Shown in pieces: positions 1-8,825 of a DNA stretch of 64,000 bases. Source of the stretch: Opitutia bacterium. Its GTDB lineage: Bacteria > Verrucomicrobiota > Verrucomicrobiia > Opitutales > Opitutaceae. Position numbers and translations under genes: made by a program. The notes under the pieces are model-generated. The model saw only the letters and a program-made list of their open reading frames with translations, was not told where the DNA came from and did not search any database. The DNA lies in NCBI GenBank assembly GCA_947475065.1, contig CANJLB010000003.1, positions 20,214 through 84,213 on the forward strand, written 5' to 3'. The number at the start of each line of letters is the position of its first letter. Within the stretch, counting starts at the first letter, position 1.

Positions 1-1153
1 GCACTTCCCGAAATGAAGGATAGCCGCCGAACAGCTCGTCGCCACCAAGCCCCGAAAGCGCGACGGTGACACCGCCGGCTCGTGCGGCCTGGCTGACGTA
101 GTAGGTGTTGATGCCGTCGCCAGTCGGCTGGTCGAGCGTGGCGATGAGGGTGCTGATATCCGCGGCGACGCGGTGGCCCGTGAGTACGGTCGGGTGGTGT
201 TCGGCGCCGAGATGACGTGCGTTGGCGGCGGCGGCCTCGGCCTCCGAGTAGCCGGCTTCGTCGAAACCGAGGGAAAATGTCTTGAGGCGAGAACCGCCGA
301 GCTTCGTCATCAGCGCGACAACGGCGGTGGAGTCGAGCCCACCGGAAAGAAACGCACCCACGGGTACATCGGCAAGCAGGTGCGCACGGATGGTCCCTTC
401 CAGCTGGCCGCGCAGACCGGCGATGAACTCGCTCCGCGAGCTGCACGCAGTGAGACCGGCTGCCGCGTCGGCGGCGTCGCGCACGCTCCAGTAGATTTTT
501 TGCCGGAGCTGGCCGTCGCGCCAGATGGCGCTTTCGCCGGGACGCAGACTGAAGACGTTACGCCAGATCGTTTGGGGTGCAGGCACGGCCAGCCAGGCGA
601 GATAGGCGGCGGCGGCGGCCGGATCAATCGTGGCTGGCACACGGCCGGAGGCGAGCAGGGCGTTGAGTTCGGAGGCGAAGAGCAGTGTGCCGTCAGCCCC
701 CGTGGCGTAGTAGAGCGGTTTGATGCCAAAGGGATCGCGCGCGAGAAGAAGCGTCTGCTCGCGCATGTCCCACGCGGCAAAGGCAAACATCCCGCGCAGG
801 CGCGGTAACGCGGCTTCTCCCCACTCGGCCACGGCGGCGAGGAGAATTTCGGTATCGCATTGGGTGTGGAAAACGCAACCGGCCGACTCAAGCTGCGCGC
901 GTAGTTCACGGAAGTTGTAGATCGCGCCATTGAACACGATGTGCCAGCGGCCGTCAGGCGTGCTCATCGGCTGCCGGCCGTTGGCAGGGTCGAAGATGGC
1001 GAGCCGCCGCATGCCGAGCGTGGCCGGCCCCCACGAACTCAGGCCGCTGTCGTCGGGACCGCGGTGGAGCATGGCCGCATTCATGCGTGCGACGGCCATG
1101 GCACGCTCGGCAGGGGCGATATTGGCACTGAGAAATCCTGCTATGCCGCACAT
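1..1153 (-). CDS. asnB: asparagine synthase (glutamine-hydrolysing), partial; 3' end lies beyond window start
   Basis: Minus-strand translation from ATG (rc of cat 1151-1153) reads MCGIAGF... (N-terminal Cys of a class-II glutamine amidotransferase). Downstream it contains the SGGLDS PP-loop motif (rc of ~330-350). It is not in the ORF track because it has no stop inside the window. Confidence 0.85.
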   Translation of the reverse strand, partial: MCGIAGFLSANIAPAERAMAVARMNAAMLHRGPDDSGLSSWGPATLGMRRLAIFDPANGRQPMSTPDGRWHIVFNGAIYNFRELRAQLESAGCVFHTQCDTEILLAAVAEWGEAALPRLRGMFAFAAWDMREQTLLLARDPFGIKPLYYATGADGTLLFASELNALLASGRVPATIDPAAAAAYLAWLAVPAPQTIWRNVFSLRPGESAIWRDGQLRQKIYWSVRDAADAAAGLTACSSRSEFIAGLRGQLEGTIRAHLLADVPVGAFLSGGLDSTAVVALMTKLGGSRLKTFSLGFDEAGYSEAEAAAANARHLGAEHHPTVLTGHRVAADISTLIATLDQPTGDGINTYYVSQAARAGGVTVALSGLGGDELFGGYPSFREV

Positions 1154-1373
1154 GTGATGGAAGTGGGAAAGCGGCAGACCTGAGGCAAAGCCATGAAAAA
1201 TGGAGCAGGCTTCGCCCGGTCGCTTCCCGAGGAAGAAACCAGAAAAACTTTTGAACGATGTCTGCCCGTCACGGGTGTTTGATGGCTGGGGTTTTTACCC
1301 TAGCCGAAACAAAGAGAGAGCGTCCCGTCTGAAAGGTGCAATGCCATTGTGTGGCGCAGGTTGGACTGCGAAG

Positions 1374-1916
1374 TCATGGGGCGCAGATGGACGCGGCAAT
1401 TTCACGTGATTTTTCCAGTGAGAAAATTTTTTCCACGAGCAGCATGCCGAAATCAGTCGCCGTGCCGGCCCCGCGTGCAGTGAGCAGCCGGCCATCGGCC
1501 ACGGTGCGTTCGGCGGTGAGGATCGCCGGGAGCTCGGCGGCGACGGAAAAATGGGCCGTGTAGCGCCGGCCGGCGAGCAGGCCGGCGTCATGGAGCACGG
1601 TCGGCGCTGCGCAAATGGCGGCGAGCCAGCGGCCGGCCGCGTCGTGGCGTAGCACTGTGTCACGCACGCGCGGGTCGGCGCGGAGGTGTTGCACGCCGGG
1701 ACCGCCAGGCAGGACGAGTGCGTCGAACAGTTTTTCGCCGACGGCGGCCAAAGTGGTGTCGGCGTGGACCGTGAGGCCGTTCCGCCCGGTGACATGGATG
1801 CCGTCGCCTAGCGCGGCGGTGACGACTTCCGCACCGGCGCGGCGCAGCAGGTCTATGGGCGCCACCGCCTCCAATTCCTCAAATCCCTCTGGCAAGATGA
1901 TGAGTACCGTGGGCAT
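1374..1916 (-). CDS. DJ-1/PfpI (ThiJ) family protein
   Basis: 180-aa ORF starting MPTVLIILPEGFEELEAVAPIDLLRRAG..., with the conserved nucleophile-elbow Cys in AICAAP. This layout is typical of DJ-1/PfpI. Confidence 0.8.
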   Translation of the reverse strand: MPTVLIILPEGFEELEAVAPIDLLRRAGAEVVTAALGDGIHVTGRNGLTVHADTTLAAVGEKLFDALVLPGGPGVQHLRADPRVRDTVLRHDAAGRWLAAICAAPTVLHDAGLLAGRRYTAHFSVAAELPAILTAERTVADGRLLTARGAGTATDFGMLLVEKIFSLEKSREIAASICAP

Positions 1917-1974
1917 GGATAGGGATTGAAGCCACTAATGTCTGCTAAGGAACACAAATTTTCCGAGGCCTATC

Positions 1975-2799
1975 GTGGCCACCACGACTGCCTTGGTGCA
2001 AAACGGAAAGGCGGGCCTGCGCAATTTTCTGGTTCCTGTTTTTCCCGATACGCTATTACTTCCCGTCGTGTCTGACGCCAAATCCAAGCCGGAAAACCTG
2101 CTGCTCAATCTCGCCTGCAATGTCGGCGCGCCGTTTGCCATCCTCACTTGGTTGAGTGGCGCGCATCGGCTGGGGCCGAAATGGGGGCTGCTCGTCGCGC
2201 TGGCGTTTCCGCTCGCCTACGGCGTGCATGACTTCGCCAAACGGCGTCGGACCAATTTTATTTCCGTGCTCGGCTTTGCGAGCGTGCTCATCACGGGCGG
2301 CTTCGGGCTGATGAAGGTGGATGTATTCTGGTTCGCGGTGAAGGACGCGGCCATCCCGGCCGCCATCGGGCTCGCGGTGCTGGCCTCGGTCCGGACTAAA
2401 ACGCCGCTGGTACAGGAGCTGTTGTGCAACCCGCAGGTGATTGATGTGGAGCGTGTGGACGCCGCCCTGGCCGCACGCGGCACGCGGTCTGGCTTCGAGC
2501 GCAAGCTGCGGGAGGCTGGCTGGCTGCTGGCGGCGGCGTTTGGCGCGAGCGCAGGGCTGAATTATTTTCTCGCCCGCCACATCATCCGAAGCCCGCTGGG
2601 CACCGAGCTGTCGAACCAGGAGCTCGCGCGCATGCACTGGATGAGCCTGCTGGTGATCGGCTTGCCGAGCATGGCGGTCATGGCGTTTGCGCTCTGGCGG
2701 CTGCTCGATGGCCTCAAGGCGCTCACCGGCCTCACGCTGGATGAGATTTTACGGGCGGAACCGCCCAAGCCGCCACCCACCGGTGCCGGCAGCAATTGA
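1975..2799 (+). CDS. hypothetical polytopic inner-membrane protein
   Basis: 274-aa ORF with several hydrophobic helices (LLVALAFPLAYGV, VLITGGFGLM, AIGLAVLASV, LLVIGLPSMAVMAFALW). No recognisable catalytic motif. The true start may be internal. Confidence 0.5.
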   Translation: MATTTALVQNGKAGLRNFLVPVFPDTLLLPVVSDAKSKPENLLLNLACNVGAPFAILTWLSGAHRLGPKWGLLVALAFPLAYGVHDFAKRRRTNFISVLGFASVLITGGFGLMKVDVFWFAVKDAAIPAAIGLAVLASVRTKTPLVQELLCNPQVIDVERVDAALAARGTRSGFERKLREAGWLLAAAFGASAGLNYFLARHIIRSPLGTELSNQELARMHWMSLLVIGLPSMAVMAFALWRLLDGLKALTGLTLDEILRAEPPKPPPTGAGSN

Positions 2800-2893
2800 G
2801 TTTCACCGGCCCGGCTGAACAAAGCGGTGTCAACTGCGCTCACATGCAGAGCGACAAAATTGAAGAACTCCATTTGCCTTGCCTGCTGTGTGC

Positions 2894-2903
2894 GGGGGGG
2901 GGG
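2894..2903. repeat. G10 homopolymer tract in a convergent intergenic region
   Basis: tgcgggggggggggaagaag lies between the stop of the 1975-2799 ORF and the stop of proB. Confidence 0.6.
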
Positions 2904-2923
2904 AAGAAGCCCCGCGATCCGCC

Positions 2924-4036
2924 TTACAACAACACGAGATCGTTGCGGTGGACGACTTCGAGACGCTTGCGGCCGGGGTAGAGCGGATTGAGCTGGCCGC
3001 TGTTTTTGCCTGCGATGGTGGCAATCTCACCGTCGGCAAACGCCGTCTCGCCGCGCGCGAAGACCTTGCCGTCGGGGCCGGCGATGTCCACAACGTCGCC
3101 GGCGGCGAAGGTGCCCGCGCAGCCGGTCACGCCCACGGGCAGCAGGCTGCGTCCCTGCTCGCGCAGGACGGGGATGGCGGCGGCGTTGACGCGGATCGTG
3201 CCGGCCGGACGCTGGTAATAGGCCAGCCAGCGTTTGCGCGATTCCAACGGCAGGCCGCTGGGCACGAAGAAGGTGCCAGGATTGCGCCCGCTGAAAATCC
3301 TGGCGAGGATGTCGGGCTCCGCGCCGCTGGCGATGAACACGCCGCAGCCGGCCCGGGTGGCAAGGCGTGCGGCGGAAATTTTCGTCGCCATGCCCCCGAC
3401 GGCGGTTTCGCTGGCAGTGCCGCCGGCCATCGCCTCGATGGCGGGGGTGATTTTCTCCACGACGGGAATGATCGCGCCAGTGCCTTTCAGATCCATCAGG
3501 CCAGAAGCGGTGGAAAGGATGACGAGGTGCTGGGCGGCGACGAGGCTGGCGACCATCGCGGAGAGCGTGTCGTTGTCACCGACCTTGATCTCAGCGGCGC
3601 TCACCGTGTCGTTTTCGTTGATAATCGGAATGGCACCGTAGCCGATGATCTCGGCTAGCGCGGCCTTGACGCCTAGGTGTCTGGCGCGCTCGCGCAGGTC
3701 GTCGTGGGTGAGGAGCACCTGCGCGACGGTCAGGCCGTGCGGCTCGAAGCCGCGCTGCCACGTCTGCATGAGCAGGGACTGGCCGATCGCGGCGCAGGCC
3801 TGTTTCTGCGCCAGGGCCGAGGGACGTTTTTTCAGGCCGAGCCGGCCCATGCCTAGCCCGACCGCGCCGGAGGAAACGACGATGACCTCGGAGCCGGCGC
3901 GGCGCAACGCGGCGAGTTCGGCGCACACGGCGGCGATGCGCGCCGTGTCGAGCTGGCCGATGCCCGAGGTGAGCACACCCGTGCCGAGCTTGATGACGAC
4001 GCGTCGTGGGGCGGTGGCTGAATTAGTTCTCGACAC
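2924..4036 (-). CDS. proB: glutamate 5-kinase with C-terminal PUA domain
   Basis: RVVIKLGTGVL... ATP-binding N-terminus, amino-acid kinase fold, and a C-terminal PUA-like region (GEIATIAGKNSG...). The ORF-track start at 4240 adds an implausible P/S-rich 68-aa extension, so I chose the in-frame GTG at 4036 (370 aa). The start is uncertain. Confidence 0.8.
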   Translation of the reverse strand: MSRTNSATAPRRVVIKLGTGVLTSGIGQLDTARIAAVCAELAALRRAGSEVIVVSSGAVGLGMGRLGLKKRPSALAQKQACAAIGQSLLMQTWQRGFEPHGLTVAQVLLTHDDLRERARHLGVKAALAEIIGYGAIPIINENDTVSAAEIKVGDNDTLSAMVASLVAAQHLVILSTASGLMDLKGTGAIIPVVEKITPAIEAMAGGTASETAVGGMATKISAARLATRAGCGVFIASGAEPDILARIFSGRNPGTFFVPSGLPLESRKRWLAYYQRPAGTIRVNAAAIPVLREQGRSLLPVGVTGCAGTFAAGDVVDIAGPDGKVFARGETAFADGEIATIAGKNSGQLNPLYPGRKRLEVVHRNDLVLL

Positions 4037-4091
4037 GGAGGAGACGGAGATTGGGCCGGGAGGACCCGACGATGGGAGGCCAGGCCTGCGC

Positions 4092-4637
4092 TTATACCGC
4101 GAGCAGCTCCTTTTCCTTATGGGCGAGGTGCTGGGCGATGTCGGCAATGGACTTGTCGGTGAGGGTCTGGATTTCCTTTTCAGTCCGCTTGGACTCGTCC
4201 TCGGGGAGCTTGGCTTTCTTGAGGGTCTCGAGGGCGTCACGGCGGACGTTGCGGACGTGGACGCGGCCTTCCTCGGCGAGGCGGTTGGCGACTTTTACAA
4301 ACTCCTGCCGGCGTTCCCGGCTCATGTCGGGGAGGGGGATGCGGATGACCTTGCCATCAGGGATCGGGTTGAAACCTAGATTGGCCTCCTGGATACCCTT
4401 GATGATGGCTTTGACCAAGGAGGCGTCCCATGGTTGGACTTGGATGAGCCGGGCATCGGGTGTGGAGATGGCGGCGCAGCTTTTCAGCGGCTGCATCGAG
4501 CCGTAGGCCTCGACCATCACGCCTTCCACCATCCCCGGCGTGGCCTTGCCGGTGTGGATGCCGCTGAACTCGTGCAGCGTGTGGTCAACGGCTTTTTTCA
4601 TTTGGGCGGTGGCGGTGGTGACGACGGGATGTGGCAT
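4092..4637 (-). CDS. frr: ribosome recycling factor
   Basis: MPHPVVTTATAQMKKAVDHTLHEF...RRDALETLKK...IQTLTDKSIADI. This is the canonical RRF sequence and length (~181 aa) when started at the internal Met, residue 37 of the ORF-track ORF. Confidence 0.9.
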   Translation of the reverse strand: MPHPVVTTATAQMKKAVDHTLHEFSGIHTGKATPGMVEGVMVEAYGSMQPLKSCAAISTPDARLIQVQPWDASLVKAIIKGIQEANLGFNPIPDGKVIRIPLPDMSRERRQEFVKVANRLAEEGRVHVRNVRRDALETLKKAKLPEDESKRTEKEIQTLTDKSIADIAQHLAHKEKELLAV

Positions 4638-4764
4638 GGTGGCGGGATGGCTGGAGTTGAAGGGTGCAGGGCGTGGATTGAAAGACCGGAGTGTTGCGCC
4701 GACGGCAGTGAATTGAGGCCAAGGCTTCGTGCCTTCAGCTTTCATTCTTCAAGCGTCTGCAACC

Positions 4765-5526
4765 TCAGTTGTGGACCAGTGTGCCGACTTTTTCTCCGAG
4801 TACGGCGCGGCGGATGGTGTGGGGCGCGTTAAGGTCGAACACGAGGATGGGGACATGGTTGTCCTGGCAGAGGGAAAATGCGGTCGAATCCATGACATTG
4901 AGGCGCTGGCGCAGCGCTTCGGCAAAGGTGAGCTCGTCGTAGCGCACGGCATCGGCGTGTTTTTTCGGGTCCTTGTTGTACACACCATCCACTTTGGTGG
5001 CCTTGAGGATGATGTCGGCGCGCAGTTCGGAGGCGCGGAGCGCGGCGGTGGTGTCGGTCGAGAAGTAAGGATTGCCCGTGCCGGCGGCGAAAATGACGAC
5101 CCGGCCTTTCTCAAGGTGGCGCACGGCGCGGCGCATGATGAACGGCTCGGCGATCTGTTCCATCGGGATGGCGCTCTGCACGCGCGTGCTGACGCCCATT
5201 TTTTCGAGGCAGTCCATGAGCGCAAGGCTGTTGATGACCGTGGCGAGCATCCCCATGTAATCACCGGTGGTGCGGTCCACACCGCGCTGCGAGCCGGCGA
5301 GACCGCGGAAGATGTTCCCGCCGCCAATGACGACGCTCACTTGCACGCCGAGTTCGTGGATGCCCTTGATGTCGGCGCAGATGCGCTCAAGCACGGCGGC
5401 GTCAATGGGGTCGGCGGACTTTCCGCGCAACACCTCGCCGGAAAGCTTGAGCACGATGCGCCGGTATTTGACGGCGGATGGGGCGACGGGTGTGGCGGCT
5501 GAGGAAGCCGGGAAAGATTCTGGCAT
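4765..5526 (-). CDS. pyrH: UMP kinase
   Basis: [14 protein letters not shown]...[10 protein letters not shown]...[16 protein letters not shown] are amino-acid-kinase family motifs of PyrH. The start was chosen at the internal Met (MPESFPAS...). This completes the pyrH-frr pair. Confidence 0.9.
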   Translation of the reverse strand: MPESFPASSAATPVAPSAVKYRRIVLKLSGEVLRGKSADPIDAAVLERICADIKGIHELGVQVSVVIGGGNIFRGLAGSQRGVDRTTGDYMGMLATVINSLALMDCLEKMGVSTRVQSAIPMEQIAEPFIMRRAVRHLEKGRVVIFAAGTGNPYFSTDTTAALRASELRADIILKATKVDGVYNKDPKKHADAVRYDELTFAEALRQRLNVMDSTAFSLCQDNHVPILVFDLNAPHTIRRAVLGEKVGTLVHN

Positions 5527-5742
5527 GAAGCGAGAAAAGGTCCCGGTGCGGGCGGCGTCAATGCCGGGATGTGTGCCGGCAAATGCCACCCTGTGGTTTC
5601 ATGGTTCGTCCGTCCAGGGTCTTGCCCCGCCGTTGGCGCACGGGAAGTTTCTCCAACCAAACGCCGTGCCTGGGTTTGCCCAGCTCGATTCGGACAAATG
5701 CATGACGAGCCAGCTCGGGCGCGAAATTCGTACGGGCCCATT

Positions 5743-5949
5743 TCAGGGTTTGTAATCGGGGAAATCAAATCCGAAGCGATAGCCGGCCGGAATCGGCTTG
5801 AGATCCAGATAGCGGCCATCGCGCCAGATCTTCAGCGCAATGGGTTCATCCGGGGCCAGATCACGGATCAGCGTATACCGGTTGCCATCAGTGACCGCGT
5901 AGCCCCGTTCCCTCACAATCACGTCGCCTGTTTTGAGCCCGGCATCCAC
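5743..5949 (-). pseudogene. orphan PDZ-domain fragment (possible remnant of an HtrA/PDZ protein)
   Basis: 68-codon ORF (GTG start) reading ...GLKTGDVIVRERGYAVTDGN..., which is PDZ-like. An in-frame TGA lies immediately upstream and the upstream frames are non-protein-like. A GGGGG run at ~5990 is a possible frameshift site. Confidence 0.3.
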
Positions 5950-6262
5950 GACTGTCCGAATGGTTCCGGTCGCACCGGGCGGCGGTCACGGGGGTGCCGC
6001 CGCGCCAGGCGGAGACAGAATTTTCCCGCGCGCCGTTTCCGCACTGGTTCGCCCTCACCGGCTGCGGCTGGCTCATGGCTACGGAGGCGCTGACTGGCTG
6101 CTGGTATGCCTGGCACGAAAGCCGGGTGCCGCCGGCCGTGGCCTGGCATGTGGCCTGGCCGAAAACGGCCGCGCATTTTAAGCAGGGTGAATTCGCGGAA
6201 CGCACGCTTGCGTTGCTTAAGTTCAACGATGGCGCCACCGCCTCCTGGGCGGCGGACGGGGG

Positions 6263-7030
6263 TTAAGACTCATTTGCAACGCCGTTCGCGTAGATTTCGA
6301 CGAGCCTCGCAAACCGGTCGCGCTGCACCTGTGACGGTGTGGGCGAACGATGCACGAGAACCTTCGGCGTTTTCGTTTTCACCAGGAAGACGAGCTCGCT
6401 GCCCGGGCTGGGCTCTCCCGTCGCATCCTCGATGAGGAGCGCGTACAGGGTGAGCTGCACCTTATGCTGCCAGGCTTCGAGCTCAAGTTTGGGCGTGGCA
6501 CCGATCGTCTTGTAATCGACGGCCCGGCGGTCGGCTTTCACGAGGTCGATGATGCCGAGGAGCGGCAGCGCCAGTCCCTGCACCTCGGCCGAGAGTCGCA
6601 CCTCGACGCCCATCGGCTGGGGCTCGATGACGTGCTGCTGATGCGTGAGGAACGCGCTCAGCAAGACCTCGCCCTTCGCTTTCATCTCTGCTTCCTCGTC
6701 GGGCTCGTCCCACGCCACGGTTTTGTTGTCCTCCGGGTGAGCGAAGGCTTCGGCGAACGCGGACAGGACGGCAGGCTCCGAGGCGTCGCCGCCGCGCCAC
6801 CTCGCCTTGTTGTAGTGCTGGATCCCGGCGTGGACGGCTTTGCCGAAGTGGAGCTTCGGTGCCAGCGGCCGCGGCAGGGCCAGCACTTTCTCGAAGTAGA
6901 ACCGCAACCGGCACGAGAGGAAGTTCTTCAGCCTTGAGGGGCTGACGTATTCCAAAGGGTCGGTGCTTTTCTGCTCCGGGATGTGCTTGGCCGTGCCGTT
7001 GGATCCCGGTGGTGAGGCCGGGGCGATCAT
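6263..7030 (-). CDS. PD-(D/E)XK nuclease superfamily protein (Cas4/RecB-like N-terminal motif, no Fe-S cysteines)
   Basis: YVSPSRLKNFLSCRLRFYFEKVL matches the Cas4/AddB N-terminal motif. GIIDLVK (motif II Asp) and VDYKT (motif III D-x-K) follow. The start was chosen at the internal Met so that the ATGA overlaps the upstream gene's stop. The ORF-track N-terminal 72 aa are Arg-rich junk. Confidence 0.65.
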   Translation of the reverse strand: MIAPASPPGSNGTAKHIPEQKSTDPLEYVSPSRLKNFLSCRLRFYFEKVLALPRPLAPKLHFGKAVHAGIQHYNKARWRGGDASEPAVLSAFAEAFAHPEDNKTVAWDEPDEEAEMKAKGEVLLSAFLTHQQHVIEPQPMGVEVRLSAEVQGLALPLLGIIDLVKADRRAVDYKTIGATPKLELEAWQHKVQLTLYALLIEDATGEPSPGSELVFLVKTKTPKVLVHRSPTPSQVQRDRFARLVEIYANGVANES

Positions 7031-7533
7031 CGGCCCCTCCCGGAGTAGGCGGGCCGGCGATCGCGACGCTGACCTTGCCGCTGGTGCGTCTCGATCAGCT
7101 CGTCGATCAACGACGAGGCCTGGAGCTTGTTGAGCTGACGCAAGCCGGTGCCGAACCGCTCCTTTGCGAGCGTCTCGATGTTGGCGATGTCGAGCTGGCT
7201 TTCGCGGATGATCTTCTCGATGAGTTCGCGCTGCTTCGGCGAGCACTGCCAGGTGTCGTCCGTGGCGGGACGGCTGGCCGGGCTGGCAGTGGCCGGCGCG
7301 GACGTGGTGGGGGCGGGCAGGCGACCGGCTGGGGCCGTCTCACCGGGCAGGTGGCCGGCGTTGACGATCTGCGAGTCCACCGAGGCCTGGATGCGCTGGT
7401 AGAGATCGGCGTTGGTTTTCTCGAGCTGGCTGAGGTCGCTTAGCTCGACGCGGAGCGTGACCGAGTGCGAGTGCGACGAATAGTTGGGCAGGCCCACTTT
7501 CTTCGAGTAATTGACTTCAAGGATGACAGACAT
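7027..7533 (-). CDS. hypothetical two-domain protein, translationally coupled to the nuclease
   Basis: 169 aa: MSVILEVNYSKKVGLPNYSSHSHSVTLRVELSD..., then a P/A/T-rich linker, then a helical C-terminal domain (SPKQRELIEKIIRESQLDIANIETLAKERFG...). aaagga sits upstream of the ATG. Its stop overlaps the nuclease start (ATGA). Confidence 0.5.
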   Translation of the reverse strand: MSVILEVNYSKKVGLPNYSSHSHSVTLRVELSDLSQLEKTNADLYQRIQASVDSQIVNAGHLPGETAPAGRLPAPTTSAPATASPASRPATDDTWQCSPKQRELIEKIIRESQLDIANIETLAKERFGTGLRQLNKLQASSLIDELIETHQRQGQRRDRRPAYSGRGR

Positions 7534-7572
7534 GGTTGTCCTTTCGTGCCGACCGCTGGACATGAAACACCC

Positions 7573-7600
7573 CGGCTGCGGTCGGCAGGCCGGGGCGGAT
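7573..7600 (-). terminator. putative intrinsic terminator after the 281-aa ORF
   Basis: On the minus strand: ccccggcctgccgaccgcagccgggg followed by tgttt. Confidence 0.35.
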
Positions 7601-7649
7601 GAGAGGACAGGACGCCCTTACTCAAGGGTATGTAGCACGGATCAGGGGG

Positions 7650-8495
7650 CTATTGCGGGGGGTGCTTGACTATCCATTCGCGGAGCCACTTGAATCTTTT
7701 GAGGGTTGTTCGCCGGACGTTTCCAAAGCCGGAAAGCCGGTAACTACCGCCAGCCGTTCTGAATTGGGGTAGGTCGCGCAAGGCCGGATCGTCTGGTCGA
7801 TCCTGTTGCCAACGGGAACAATCCCATGCCTCAAGGAGTTCCATTTTGCGTGGCACTGCTCGCGGACCACCTTTTTTCGTCTTGGTGATGTTGGCGGCAG
7901 CCTTCAATTTTCTGATTTCAAGGCGCAGCTCATCCATGATGGTTGCTTCCGGCTGCTTCAAATTCAGGACACAAAAAAACGGTGCGGAAAAACAGCCGCC
8001 GTTCTCGATCCTGAATTCAGGCTCAAAAAACCAAGGATCAAGACACGGTTGAGGATGACGGTATGGCTCCATGATCACTCCGTCCGCATTGCCTTCACTC
8101 GCTGTGATCCCGGACTGGGTGAGAAACTCTCGAATTTCTTCCGAGCTTAGCATCGGGAATGGTTTCCCGTAGGGATAAGCCCCAGAGCATCTTGCGATGG
8201 CTTCATACGAATAGGCCAGTTCGACCCCGCCATCCTCCATGTGAGCGATGCTGTTCATGGCCCAAAAATCAACCATTTTGGGCCTCCGTCCCCAGCCGTC
8301 CGTCCACCACCAGACCTGACGGAGATGGTTTTGCAGATCGAAAGAAGCCGACTTTTTCTTGCCGCAAAAAACCTTCTCCAAGTAGTCATACTTGAGGCCA
8401 TCGAGCACACCATGGACGCCACGTTTCTGCTTCACCACGAAAAGCGATGGGAAGCGGACCTTGCCGGCAAGCAAATCTGGGTGCGGAATTGGCAC
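7650..8495 (-). CDS. hypothetical protein (orphan, lower-GC)
   Basis: 281-aa ORF (MPIPHPDLLAGKVRFPSLFVVKQKRGVHGVLDGLKYDYLEKVF...WWWTDGWGRRPKMVDFW...). Local GC is ~52% versus ~65% in the flanks. I recognise no motif. Confidence 0.5.
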   Translation of the reverse strand: MPIPHPDLLAGKVRFPSLFVVKQKRGVHGVLDGLKYDYLEKVFCGKKKSASFDLQNHLRQVWWWTDGWGRRPKMVDFWAMNSIAHMEDGGVELAYSYEAIARCSGAYPYGKPFPMLSSEEIREFLTQSGITASEGNADGVIMEPYRHPQPCLDPWFFEPEFRIENGGCFSAPFFCVLNLKQPEATIMDELRLEIRKLKAAANITKTKKGGPRAVPRKMELLEAWDCSRWQQDRPDDPALRDLPQFRTAGGSYRLSGFGNVRRTTLKRFKWLREWIVKHPPQ

Positions 8496-8688
8496 AAATC
8501 AGGTCGAACAACGGCCGCATCTAGTGTGGCCTTCGCTTCCTGTCAGCACAGTTATCAGCGTCGAATTGGGTCGAATTCGCCCCAAGCACTAGAGTTGGGG
8601 ACTTAGGCGCATTCACACCCTGCCAAACAGCCCTTAATGGGTGAATGCTGTGTGCATATCGTGTGCGGTTTATGCTCTCCTATGAGAT

Positions 8689-8762
8689 TGGTGCGCCGAG
8701 AGGGAATCGAACCCTCCTCTCAAGCTTGGGAAGCTCACGTTCTACCGATGAACTACCGGCGC
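8689..8762 (-). tRNA. tRNA-Gly (anticodon CCC)
   Basis: The rc reads GCGCCGGTAGTTCATCGGTAGAACGTGAGCTTCCCAAGCTTGAGAGGAGGGTTCGATTCCCTCTCGGCGCACCA. It has a 7-bp acceptor stem, D and T arms (GGTTCGATTCC), anticodon loop TTCCCAA and an encoded CCA. Confidence 0.9.
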
Positions 8763-8825
8763 AATTCAGACTGGTCCGCAGCCTGCAGTCTCCGAACAGC
8801 CACGACAAGCCCAAATCGGAGGGCG

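Noticed and set aside
2924-4240. ORF-track 438-aa version of proB with a 68-aa P/S-rich N-terminal extension (similar N-terminal extensions on frr, pyrH, cysK, the nuclease, AsmA, the dehydratase, RAYT)
   Set aside because: The extensions are low-complexity and unlike the conserved N-termini of these families. Internal starts give canonical lengths, and the track simply reports the longest ORF including GTG/TTG starts.
5888-6266. Several 60-116-aa ORFs on both strands between pyrH and the nuclease operon
   Set aside because: Mutually overlapping, Arg/Ala/Gly-rich, no motifs. The region looks like decayed non-coding DNA or a pseudogene remnant.
7650-8495. 281-aa protein considered as the integrase of a tRNA-Gly-associated island
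   Set aside because: It lacks the tyrosine-recombinase R...HxxR...Y catalytic spacing and serine-recombinase motifs, and no att direct repeat of the tRNA 3' end was found.
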